A stretch of 64,000 nucleotides of DNA from a bacterium (GTDB taxonomy: Bacteria; Synergistota; GBS-1). A program made the translations under genes and the position numbers. This document shows positions 26,733 through 35,283 of the stretch, piece by piece. The stretch is taken from NCBI GenBank assembly GCA_030153785.1, contig JASKLF010000009.1, positions 1-64,000 on the forward strand, written 5' to 3'. Each line of letters opens with the position of its first letter. The first letter of the stretch is position 1. The notes under the pieces are model-generated. The model did not search any database, was not told the origin of the DNA, and saw nothing but the letters and a program-made list of their open reading frames with translations.

Positions 26733-28403
26733 TTAAAACAAACCAGTTATGTTTCCTTCGGAATCCACATCTACAAGCTCTGCTGCTGGTTTTTTAGGTA
26801 ACCCCGGCATTGTCATTATATCGCCCGCTATTGGAACTATGAATCCAGCACCAGCAGAGAGAAGAACATCTCTGACCTTTATTCTGAATCCTTGTGGTCT
26901 ACCCTTTAGGTTCGGATTATCAGATAAGGAAAGCTGGGTTTTAGCCATACATACTGGCAAATTGGCATAACCTTCTCTCTCAAGCTCTTTTATCTCCTCT
27001 TCAGCCTTCCTTTCATATTCAACACCATCTGCTCCATACATGAACATAGCGATTTTTTCAATTTTTTCCTTTATGGACATATTCAAATCATAAAGATAGC
27101 GAAACTCACTCTCATCCTCTTCAATTGCTCTAAGAACCTCAAGAGCTAACTCTATGCCCCCCTCTCCTCCTTTTTCCCAAACTTCCGATAGAGCAAACCT
27201 TGCCCCATTATCCATGGTTATTCTTCTTACAAGCTCTATTTCCTCAGGCGTATCATTTACAAACTTATTTAAAGCAACTACCACAGGGAGTCCGTGAATT
27301 CTTATATTTTCTATGTGCTTTCTAAGGTTCTCACATCCCACTTCCAAAGCTCCAAGATCAGGTTTATCTAACTCTTCCTTCCTCTTGCCACCGTGCATTT
27401 TAAGAGCCCTTACAGTAGCTACGATTACCACTGCGTCTGGTTTGAAACCTGCCATTCTACAAACTATGTTGAAAAATTTTTCCGCTCCCAAATCAGTTGC
27501 AAACCCCGTTTCAACAACTACATAATCACGAAGTTTTAAGGCCATCTTCGTAGCTATAATACTATTTGTTCCATGAGCTATGTTTGCAAACGGCCCACCG
27601 TGGACAAAAGCAGGAACTCCTTCTATTGTTTGAACGAGATTAGGGCTTAAGGCATCCTTGAGAAGAGCAGCCATAGCCCCTTGAGCATTCAAGTCCCTTG
27701 CTCTAACATATTTTTTATCATAAGTTTGCGCAACTATTATATTTCCAAGCTTTTCTTTTAATTCCTCTATATCCTTAGACAAGCAAAGTATCGCCATAAC
27801 TTCAGAAGCTGCCGTAATGTCGAACCTGCTCTCCCGAGGAACGCCATGAGCAGGACCTCCAAGACCAACGATGACTTTCCGAAGTGCTCTATCATTCATA
27901 TCCACTACTCTACTCCACTTTATTCTTCGAGGGTCGATGTTAAGCAGGTTTCCTTGATACACGTGATTGTCTACCATAGCAGCAAGAAGGTTGTGGGCTG
28001 AACTTACAGCGTGGATATCTCCCGTAAAATGAAGGTTTATGTCTTCCATGGGCAAAACCTGAGACCATCCACCACCTGCTGCGCCACCTTTTACTCCAAA
28101 GCAGGGCCCCAATGAAGGTTCTCTTAAGCATAGCATGGCTCTTTTGCCAAGCTTAACCAAGGCTTGAGTCAATCCTATAGTTGTAGTAGTTTTTCCCTCT
28201 CCCGCCGGTGTAGGAGTAATAGCGGTAACCATGATAAGCTTGCCATCTTCACGGTCTTCCAACTCCTCAAGGTATCGCCAATCCACTTTTGCCTTATACC
28301 ACCCATATGGTAAAAGCCTGTCTTCTGGTATTCCAAGAGTAGATGCTACATCCGTGATTTTTTTCAGTTTGACGCTCCGAGCGATTTCAATATCGCTTAG
28401 CAC
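26733..28403 (-). CDS. fhs: Formate--tetrahydrofolate ligase
   Basis: TPTPAGEGKTTT, GGAAGGG, INLHFTGD, HGGPFANIAHG, CMAKTQ, MTMPGL. Confidence 0.98.
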   Translation of the reverse strand: MLSDIEIARSVKLKKITDVASTLGIPEDRLLPYGWYKAKVDWRYLEELEDREDGKLIMVTAITPTPAGEGKTTTTIGLTQALVKLGKRAMLCLREPSLGPCFGVKGGAAGGGWSQVLPMEDINLHFTGDIHAVSSAHNLLAAMVDNHVYQGNLLNIDPRRIKWSRVVDMNDRALRKVIVGLGGPAHGVPRESRFDITAASEVMAILCLSKDIEELKEKLGNIIVAQTYDKKYVRARDLNAQGAMAALLKDALSPNLVQTIEGVPAFVHGGPFANIAHGTNSIIATKMALKLRDYVVVETGFATDLGAEKFFNIVCRMAGFKPDAVVIVATVRALKMHGGKRKEELDKPDLGALEVGCENLRKHIENIRIHGLPVVVALNKFVNDTPEEIELVRRITMDNGARFALSEVWEKGGEGGIELALEVLRAIEEDESEFRYLYDLNMSIKEKIEKIAMFMYGADGVEYERKAEEEIKELEREGYANLPVCMAKTQLSLSDNPNLKGRPQGFRIKVRDVLLSAGAGFIVPIAGDIMTMPGLPKKPAAELVDVDSEGNITGLF

Positions 28404-28431
28404 TTAAAAACCACCCCCCATGAAGATTTCA

Positions 28432-29796
28432 TTAATGTCTAAAATGCCTCTCCTCAACAAAAACAAGCTCGATACCCAGCTCATCTGCCCTTTTCTTTAC
28501 TTCCTCATCTCTTTTAGACCCTTTTGGAGCAATTACCCTCTTTATACCATATTGATATGCCTGTTCTATGCTATCGGGAAAAGGAAAGAAGCCATCACTG
28601 GCTAAAACTCCTCCTTTAGCCCTTTCTCCCGCTCTCTCAAGAGCTATTCTGACGGCGTATATCCTACTTGGTTGCCCTCCGCAAAGGCCCACTGTAGCTC
28701 CATCCTTCACTACCGCTATAGCATTCGAATAAAGATGTTTAACCACCTTAAAAGCAAGAATAGAATCCCTATCAAATTCTTCAGATAGAAGGAATGTATC
28801 GTCAGGATTCTGAAGTAGAAAACCGGCAAAGGCTACCTTTAAATCCCATTCTACATCCCACTTCTCAGGTATTAAAAATCTTTTTTTAAACTCAAAAGCG
28901 GGTCTTTCTGGAATAACTATAAGATCGAAAAACCTCTTTTCCATTAAAGCAATGGTGTCTTCAGTAATTGGCGTGTTAAATGCAACTATCCCCCCATAAG
29001 CAGAAAGAGAATCACATTCAAAAGCTTTTAAGAAGGCCTCTTCAGGCGTTTTTGAAACAGCGACACCACAAGGGGCGGCATGCTTAATTATGGCGCACGC
29101 AGGGTCTTTAAACTCTTTTACCAGAATCCATGCTCTATAGGCATCCAGAATGTTATTAAAGGATATCGGTTTGTCCCCATAATAACGAAATGGGATTCTA
29201 TCCGCTAATGAATAAAAGAAACCTCTCTGGTGAGGATTTTCACCATATCTTAACTGCAACACTCCCTCTGGCGGTGAAAGCCAAAAGGATATTTCAAAAT
29301 CGTACAACATCGTTTTTCTGAAAGCCTTAAAAGCAAGAAACCTTCTTTCTTCCAAGGATATCTCTCCATTGTCTTTAAGAGAATTCATTATGAATGCGTA
29401 ATCCTCTTTCTCGCACACTACTACCACATGCTCATAGTTTTTAGCTGCCGCTCTTAAAAGAGAAACTCCCCCTATATCTATGTTCTCTACATTCTTAGAT
29501 TTCTTAAAGGGATAGAGATCTACTACTACTATGTCAAACTTCTCTTTAAATTCAGGGTCTTCAGGCCTACACAAAATTCTTGCAAAGATTTCTTCGTTTA
29601 AGGTTTTTACTCTTCCACCGCATTTGTTTGAAAAACCTGTAAGCAGAGAAAGCCTCTTTACTTTAGCTCCCTTACTTTCGAGATAAGATGCTGTTCCATC
29701 CGTTGCATATATTTCTACTCCTTTCGCCAGTAAAAACTTAGCTAAATTCTCAGATCCCGTCTTGTCGCTAAGAGCAAAAAGTCCCCTTTTTAGCAT
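28432..29796 (-). CDS. purH: Bifunctional AICAR transformylase/IMP cyclohydrolase
   Basis: GGRVKTL, ENIDIGG, RAAAKN, LRYGENPHQ, IIKHAAPCG, ASDGFFPF, RHFRH. Confidence 0.93.
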   Translation of the reverse strand: MLKRGLFALSDKTGSENLAKFLLAKGVEIYATDGTASYLESKGAKVKRLSLLTGFSNKCGGRVKTLNEEIFARILCRPEDPEFKEKFDIVVVDLYPFKKSKNVENIDIGGVSLLRAAAKNYEHVVVVCEKEDYAFIMNSLKDNGEISLEERRFLAFKAFRKTMLYDFEISFWLSPPEGVLQLRYGENPHQRGFFYSLADRIPFRYYGDKPISFNNILDAYRAWILVKEFKDPACAIIKHAAPCGVAVSKTPEEAFLKAFECDSLSAYGGIVAFNTPITEDTIALMEKRFFDLIVIPERPAFEFKKRFLIPEKWDVEWDLKVAFAGFLLQNPDDTFLLSEEFDRDSILAFKVVKHLYSNAIAVVKDGATVGLCGGQPSRIYAVRIALERAGERAKGGVLASDGFFPFPDSIEQAYQYGIKRVIAPKGSKRDEEVKKRADELGIELVFVEERHFRH

Positions 29797-30143
29797 GTTA
29801 AATGAAACACCCCCATTACCCTTTTTTCATCCTTCAACTTGTTATAAACCTCACAGGCTTTATGTGAAGGCAAAACGACAATCTCTATTCCTCTTGCTTT
29901 AAGCTCTTTTAAAACTTCCTCGGTCACTTTCATTAACCCGTTTGCTCCTGTTCCAACTACAACCATGTCTACCACAGTTTTCGATAAATATTCTCTTATA
30001 TCCTCAAAATGAAGTTTGTGTCCCTCTATTCTCCACCAATTTGGAAAAACTCCTTCAGGAGTTATTACTATATCGCTTTCATAGAGAACGCCGTCCACAA
30101 AAATCTTGCCAAAATCATATTTATCTATTTTAGGAGGAGTCAT
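29790..30143 (-). CDS. Mth938/DUF498-like protein
   Basis: YDFGKI.VDG, WWR.EGH, VVVGTG, C-terminal FHLTC. Start set at ATG 30143. Confidence 0.88.
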   Translation of the reverse strand: MTPPKIDKYDFGKIFVDGVLYESDIVITPEGVFPNWWRIEGHKLHFEDIREYLSKTVVDMVVVGTGANGLMKVTEEVLKELKARGIEIVVLPSHKACEVYNKLKDEKRVMGVFHLTC

Positions 30144-30220
30144 ATTAAAGGTCACCCCTCTAAAATGTTTATTCACGCTAAAAATTTTATCATATGAAAA
30201 GTTTTGATGCCATAGGGTAA

Positions 30221-30249
30221 TTGCTTTATTTTAACTTTGCTTATATAAT
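30221..30249 (+). promoter_or_regulatory. Putative sigma70 promoter of pstCAB
   Basis: TTGCTT-17 nt-TATAAT. Confidence 0.5.
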
Positions 30250-30280
30250 CATTATTGACAAAATGTTGGGAGGTTACAAG

Positions 30281-31165
30281 ATGGGCTTAAAAAACAAAAT
30301 TTTTAACTCTGTGACTTTCTCTGGAGCATGCGCCACCATAGCTTTACTAATAGGAGCATTCTTAACACTGGCTGGATACGCTTTTCCCTCTTTGAGAGTT
30401 TTTGGTATAAAGTTTTTCTTGGGTAGAGAATGGGATCCTGTAAATCTTCGATTCGGAGCGCTCCCTTTTTTCGTTGGAACAGCACTAACCTCGTTCTTGG
30501 CTCTGATGATTTCCATTCCTATTTCCATTTCGATTTCTGTACTCTTAGGAGAGTATCTTAAGAGAGGCACATTGGCTTCCCTATTTGGGAGTTTAATCGA
30601 GCTTTTAGCAGGTATTCCCTCTGTGATCTATGGATTCTGGGGGCTTTTTGTTCTCGTTCCTGTAGTCAGGGAAATTGAGATGTTTTTGGGTGTTCCACCT
30701 TTAGGAGTAGGCATTTTCTCTGCATCGTTAGTGCTGGCTATTATGATAATTCCCTATTCAGCCTCCATAGGCAAAGAGGTGATAGAACTTGTTCCCGGAG
30801 ATATCAAAGAAGCTGCTTATTCTCTGGGAGCTACAAAGTACGAAGTTATAAAATATGTTATTCTCCCATACGCAAGGTCTGGCATACTTGCTGGAATATT
30901 GCTTTCTCTTGGAAGGGCAATAGGAGAGACCATGGCGGTAACCATGCTTATAGGTAACTCTAATACCATTCCCTCAAGTATATTTGATCCAGGAAATACT
31001 ATGGCAAGCGTAATAGCTAACGAGTTCGCTGAAGCCACCGAAAAACTCCACCTCTCTTCTCTAGTAGGAATAGGGCTATTTCTTTTACTAATAACCACCG
31101 TTATTAGCTTAGTGGGAAGATATATAATTAAGAAGTTAACCGTAATGGAGGGAGGACATGGATAA
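30281..31165 (+). CDS. pstC: Phosphate ABC transporter permease
   Basis: WDP, ELLAGIPSVIYG, LGRAIGETMAV, IANEF. ATG 30281 follows GGGAGG. Confidence 0.95.
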   Translation: MGLKNKIFNSVTFSGACATIALLIGAFLTLAGYAFPSLRVFGIKFFLGREWDPVNLRFGALPFFVGTALTSFLALMISIPISISISVLLGEYLKRGTLASLFGSLIELLAGIPSVIYGFWGLFVLVPVVREIEMFLGVPPLGVGIFSASLVLAIMIIPYSASIGKEVIELVPGDIKEAAYSLGATKYEVIKYVILPYARSGILAGILLSLGRAIGETMAVTMLIGNSNTIPSSIFDPGNTMASVIANEFAEATEKLHLSSLVGIGLFLLLITTVISLVGRYIIKKLTVMEGGHG

Positions 31166-32012
31166 ACCCTATTCTTCCGACAAGCTTAGACGAGTAAAAG
31201 ATAAATGTTTCAAAATTTTCATATTTTCACTTTCGGTATTAGCTATAATTCCCCTACTCTTCATTTTAATACATATAGTGCGCGAAGGAGCGGAAATGCT
31301 GAGCCTCAAATTTTTAGTTGAACTTCCTAAACCGCCAGGGGAAGAAGGTGGAGGCATTTTAAATGCTCTTTTAGGAACAGGAATCTTAGTATTAATAGCA
31401 AGTGTTATCTCGATTCCCTTAGGAATTGCAGCAGGCATCTACTTGGCAGAAAAGAGCGAAAGCAAAATTGCAACGTTAGCTAGACTCTGTGTAGAAATTC
31501 TTCAGAGTATACCTTCGATAGTAATTGGCATAATGGTCTATCTCTGGATAGTCTTACCTACAAAGAGTTTTTCAGCTCTTGCAGGTGGATTTGCTCTGGC
31601 TATTATAATGCTTCCTTTAGTGGTAAGGTCAACAGAGGAAACAATGAAGCTCATACCACAAATGCTAAAAGAAGCAGCTCTAGCCCTAGGCGTACCCTAT
31701 TATAAAGTTATATTAAAGGTCGTCCTACCTGCAAGTTTAAGCGGCATACTAACAGGGATATTAATAGGAATAGCAAGAATAGCAGGAGAAACAGCTCCTC
31801 TCCTTTTTACCTCTTTCGGAAGTCCTTACCTAACCCTTAACATTTTGAAACCAATTAGCGCCCTTCCCCTACTTATCTTCAACTATGCAACTAGCCCATA
31901 CGAAGAGTGGCATAAAGTGGCATGGGGAGCATCCTTTGTCCTCGTCACTTTAATATTGGTGTTAAGTATAACAGCAAGGGTGATGACGAGAAAATGGAAA
32001 ACGAGATTTTAA
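31158..32012 (+). CDS. pstA: Phosphate ABC transporter permease
   Basis: [28 protein letters not shown]. Confidence 0.95.
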   Translation: MDKPYSSDKLRRVKDKCFKIFIFSLSVLAIIPLLFILIHIVREGAEMLSLKFLVELPKPPGEEGGGILNALLGTGILVLIASVISIPLGIAAGIYLAEKSESKIATLARLCVEILQSIPSIVIGIMVYLWIVLPTKSFSALAGGFALAIIMLPLVVRSTEETMKLIPQMLKEAALALGVPYYKVILKVVLPASLSGILTGILIGIARIAGETAPLLFTSFGSPYLTLNILKPISALPLLIFNYATSPYEEWHKVAWGASFVLVTLILVLSITARVMTRKWKTRF

Positions 32013-32752
32013 GAACAGAAGGACTCAAAGCCTATTATGGAAAACAGGAAATATTAAAGGGTATTACTATTTCTTTTCCTCAGAACAAGGTTACCGCAGT
32101 AATGGGACCTTCAGGTTGTGGGAAAACAACTTTTATCCGATGTTTAAACCGAATGCACGAGATTTCCCCTAATGCGCGGGTAGAAGGGAAGGTCTTCTTA
32201 CACAATAAGGATATTTATGAGATGGACCCTATGTTAGTCAGGAGGAAGATAGGAATGGTTTTTCAACGTCCTAATCCCTTCCCTACGATGAACATATACG
32301 ACAACGTAATAGCTGGTTACAAGTTAAACGGAATAAAGCTACCTAAAAGTGAATTAGACAGAATTGTGGAGGAATCTCTTAAAAAAGCAGCCCTCTGGGA
32401 TGAAGTTAAAGATCACCTCTATAAATCTGGAACCTTTCTATCAGGTGGACAGCAACAACGACTATGCATTGCAAGGGCACTGGCAATGAATCCTGATGTG
32501 TTACTTTTAGATGAACCAACCTCAGCACTTGACCCTATAGCCACTTCAAGAATAGAAGAACTCATGATTGAGTTAAAGAAGAGCGTAACAGTTATCCTTG
32601 TAACTCATAATATTGCCCAAGCAGGCAGGGTCTCTGACTATGCTGCTTTTCTTTATCTTGGAGAGCTCGTAGAGTTCGGTCCTACGAGAACCATGTTCAC
32701 TACTCCAAAAGACAAGAGGACCGAAGAATTTCTTACAGGAAAGTTTGGTTAA
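31994..32752 (+). CDS. pstB: Phosphate ABC transporter ATPase
   Basis: [43 protein letters not shown] end. Confidence 0.96.
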   Translation: MENEILRTEGLKAYYGKQEILKGITISFPQNKVTAVMGPSGCGKTTFIRCLNRMHEISPNARVEGKVFLHNKDIYEMDPMLVRRKIGMVFQRPNPFPTMNIYDNVIAGYKLNGIKLPKSELDRIVEESLKKAALWDEVKDHLYKSGTFLSGGQQQRLCIARALAMNPDVLLLDEPTSALDPIATSRIEELMIELKKSVTVILVTHNIAQAGRVSDYAAFLYLGELVEFGPTRTMFTTPKDKRTEEFLTGKFG

Positions 32753-32758
32753 AACCAA

Positions 32759-33733
32759 ATGAAAGCCGTTGTCCTTTTATCCGGTGGACTAGATAGTATA
32801 TTAGCTACAAAGCTTCTTCAAAGGGAAGGAATAGAAGTGTATCCCCTTTTTTGCTCATCTATATTCTGGGGGAAAAAGTCAGCCATAGAAGCTGCCAAAG
32901 AATTAAATCTTAACCTCAAAATCATAGATGTCAGTGAAAAAATTTGGAATATTGTAAAAAACCCAAAATATGGCCGAGGAAAGGGAGTAAATCCTTGCAT
33001 CGACTGTAAGATTATGATGTTAAAAGAAGCAAAGAAATATATGGAAGAAATAGGCGCAAAATTCATAGCAACTGGGGAAGTCCTTGGAGAAAGACCCATG
33101 TCCCAAAGAAAAGATGCAATGTCGATAATAGCAAAAGAAAGCGGTCTAAATGAACTCTTAATAAGACCACTATCAGCAAAGCTTCTTCCACCAACTATTC
33201 CAGAAAAGGACGGATGGATAAAGAGAGAAAACCTCCTTGACCTTAAAGGAAGGTCTAGAAAAAAACAGCTAGAACTCGTTAAGAAGTGGGGGATAAATTT
33301 CTTTCCATCGCCTGCAGGTGGTTGCCTTTTAACAGATCCAGTTTTCTCTAAAAGGGTAAGAGATCTTCTAAAGCATAACTTAAACGCAGGGTTACACGAT
33401 GCAGAATTGCTCAAATATGGAAGACACTTCCGATTATCTGAATCTGTAAAGCTTGTCGTTGGAAGAAACAAAGAAGAAAATGAAATCCTAGAAAATCTTG
33501 CTCTACCAAACGATCTTATGCTAAGAGTGAAAGATTACCCAGGTCCTGTAGCCGTACTTAGAGGCAATTCTATCACTCCCCAAATATTAGATATAGCTTG
33601 TGGAATAGTTCTAAGATATAGCGATGCCCCTGCAGACTACATGGGTAGTGTTATTGTGAAAGGCAAACAAGGTGAAGGTGTTGTAATCACGAAAAAACTA
33701 TCTCCAGAGGGTGTAACGAAATGGATGATATAA
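32759..33733 (+). CDS. ThiI/MnmA-like PP-loop tRNA thiolase with C-terminal DUF814/NFACT-R-like domain
   Basis: LSGGLDS, NPCIDC, TGEVLGERPMSQ, PAGGCLLTD, GRHFRL..VGRN..EN. Confidence 0.82.
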   Translation: MKAVVLLSGGLDSILATKLLQREGIEVYPLFCSSIFWGKKSAIEAAKELNLNLKIIDVSEKIWNIVKNPKYGRGKGVNPCIDCKIMMLKEAKKYMEEIGAKFIATGEVLGERPMSQRKDAMSIIAKESGLNELLIRPLSAKLLPPTIPEKDGWIKRENLLDLKGRSRKKQLELVKKWGINFFPSPAGGCLLTDPVFSKRVRDLLKHNLNAGLHDAELLKYGRHFRLSESVKLVVGRNKEENEILENLALPNDLMLRVKDYPGPVAVLRGNSITPQILDIACGIVLRYSDAPADYMGSVIVKGKQGEGVVITKKLSPEGVTKWMI

Positions 33734-33759
33734 AAGCTTAAGATGATATAAAAGCTTAA
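33724..33759. repeat. Perfect 18-bp tandem duplication (gatgatataaaagcttaa x2) spanning the stop codon of the upstream gene
   Basis: Copies at 33724-33741 and 33742-33759. Confidence 0.92.
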
Positions 33760-33770
33760 CATACCATTTC

Positions 33771-33799
33771 TTGACACCACGATTTCTTTATGTTACTTT
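33771..33799 (+). promoter_or_regulatory. sigma70 promoter of the TAXI-TRAP operon
   Basis: TTGACA-17 nt-TACTTT with a TG extension. Confidence 0.55.
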
Positions 33800-33820
33800 A
33801 GAAGGGGGAGTTATTATTCC

Positions 33821-34831
33821 ATGCGGGAGGTGAGAAGTGTGATTAGAAAAGTTATAGGGATTTCGGTTGCTCTGGCGGTCTTATTCGCAGCGACGATGCC
33901 CTTAGGATCAATTTCACTCGCTGCTGAAAAACAGGAGGTAACGATCTATACGGGTTCTGGACCAGGGAGCGTTTACTTTGCCATTGGTTCAATGTTAGCT
34001 AAAGTTATAAACCAGAAAAGTCAAATTCTATCCGCAAAGGGAGTCACGAGCGGGGCGAGTGTGGCAAACGTAAGGGCTATTTCCAAAGGTGAAGCTCAAG
34101 TGGCTATAGCGCAAAACGATGTGGTCTATTACGCTATAAAAGGCATAGCTCAGTTCGAAGGTAAACCGGTTAAAAATCTGAGAGCCATTGCTACGCTTTA
34201 TCCCGAACCTCTTCAGTTAGTAGTAAGGGCGGACAGTAAAATAAAGAAACTGGAAGACCTTGTTGGCAAAAGAGTAGTTGTCGGAGCTGCTGGAAGCGGT
34301 TGTGCCCAAACAGCCGAAAGGGTCCTTAAGGCAGCAGGAATATGGGATAAGATAAACAAAATATACCAAACCTTCGAAGAAGCAGCTCAAAGTTTGGTTT
34401 TAGGTCAGGTAGATGCAGAGTTTACAATTATAGGATATCCTGCTCCCGCTATCGAGATGATAGCTGTTAATGTCCCTGTAAGGCTTGTTCCTATCCCTGA
34501 TACCCTTGTTAAGAAGCTCCACGAGCAAGGTTATCCCTTCTATGTAAGAGTAACTATTCCCAAGGGAACATACAAGGGAATGGAAGAAGATGTAGAAACA
34601 ATAGCCGTTAAAGCCACCCTAGTTGTGGATGAAAAATTACCGGAAGATGTAGTCTATGAAATAGCAAGGGTGCTCTACACAAGTATAGATGATCTCGCAA
34701 CAGCTCACCAGCTTGCCAAGCAGATAAAGATAAGCGATGCTTTTGAAGGCTTAACAGCTCCTCTTCACCCGGGGGCCGTCAAATTCTTTGAGGAAAAGGG
34801 AGTAAAGGTTCCTGCGGAGCTTAAACGTTAA
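33821..34831 (+). CDS. TAXI family TRAP transporter solute-binding protein
   Basis: Signal peptide, G.YF.IG, GASVANV, AQND, LYPE, GKRV.VGAAGSG, PLHPGA. Confidence 0.93.
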   Translation: MREVRSVIRKVIGISVALAVLFAATMPLGSISLAAEKQEVTIYTGSGPGSVYFAIGSMLAKVINQKSQILSAKGVTSGASVANVRAISKGEAQVAIAQNDVVYYAIKGIAQFEGKPVKNLRAIATLYPEPLQLVVRADSKIKKLEDLVGKRVVVGAAGSGCAQTAERVLKAAGIWDKINKIYQTFEEAAQSLVLGQVDAEFTIIGYPAPAIEMIAVNVPVRLVPIPDTLVKKLHEQGYPFYVRVTIPKGTYKGMEEDVETIAVKATLVVDEKLPEDVVYEIARVLYTSIDDLATAHQLAKQIKISDAFEGLTAPLHPGAVKFFEEKGVKVPAELKR

Positions 34832-35270
34832 ATTTCTGGTTTTACTTATTATAGCTTCATTGCTACTACTACCAGTGAAGTTTTTAGAGATTAAAACGGA
34901 AGAGGGAACATATGTATGTTCCCTCTTCTTTAATTCTAACATCATTCTCTCTATAGAATATATTCATAGCGTTTCGCTGACAAAAGTAATAGACAAGTTC
35001 AAGATAAACGAGAAAGGGATCTGGGCTATAGAAAGCAAATGGCAACAGTTTGATGCAGGGCAACCAATAGATTTTAACAGATTAGAGGGGAAATTTTTTG
35101 TTAAAGACATGAATCTCTTTTTAGGAAAAGAGTGGTCTTATTGGTTTATCCCCATAAACAAGGCAAGCATCAAGTTAGGAAAAAAAGTAATTTTTAAAGA
35201 TATAGAAGTAGAAGGGAAAGTTGTTTTCGGAATAAAGAGAAAACCTTTACTTTTAGCTCTATTCAATTAG
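34812..35270 (+). CDS. DUF1850-like TAXI-TRAP accessory protein
   Basis: YIHSV motif; sits between TAXI receptor and fused permease. The ORF track starts at 34860, but an in-frame hydrophobic anchor extends upstream to CTG 34812. Confidence 0.7.
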   Translation: MRSLNVKFLVLLIIASLLLLPVKFLEIKTEEGTYVCSLFFNSNIILSIEYIHSVSLTKVIDKFKINEKGIWAIESKWQQFDAGQPIDFNRLEGKFFVKDMNLFLGKEWSYWFIPINKASIKLGKKVIFKDIEVEGKVVFGIKRKPLLLALFN

Positions 35271-35283
35271 GAGGGGGGAAATA

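Noticed and set aside
30144..30280. ZTP/THF riboswitch before purH-fhs, or Pho boxes before pstC
   Set aside because: The short AT-rich region shows no convincing aptamer or 11-bp-period direct repeats.
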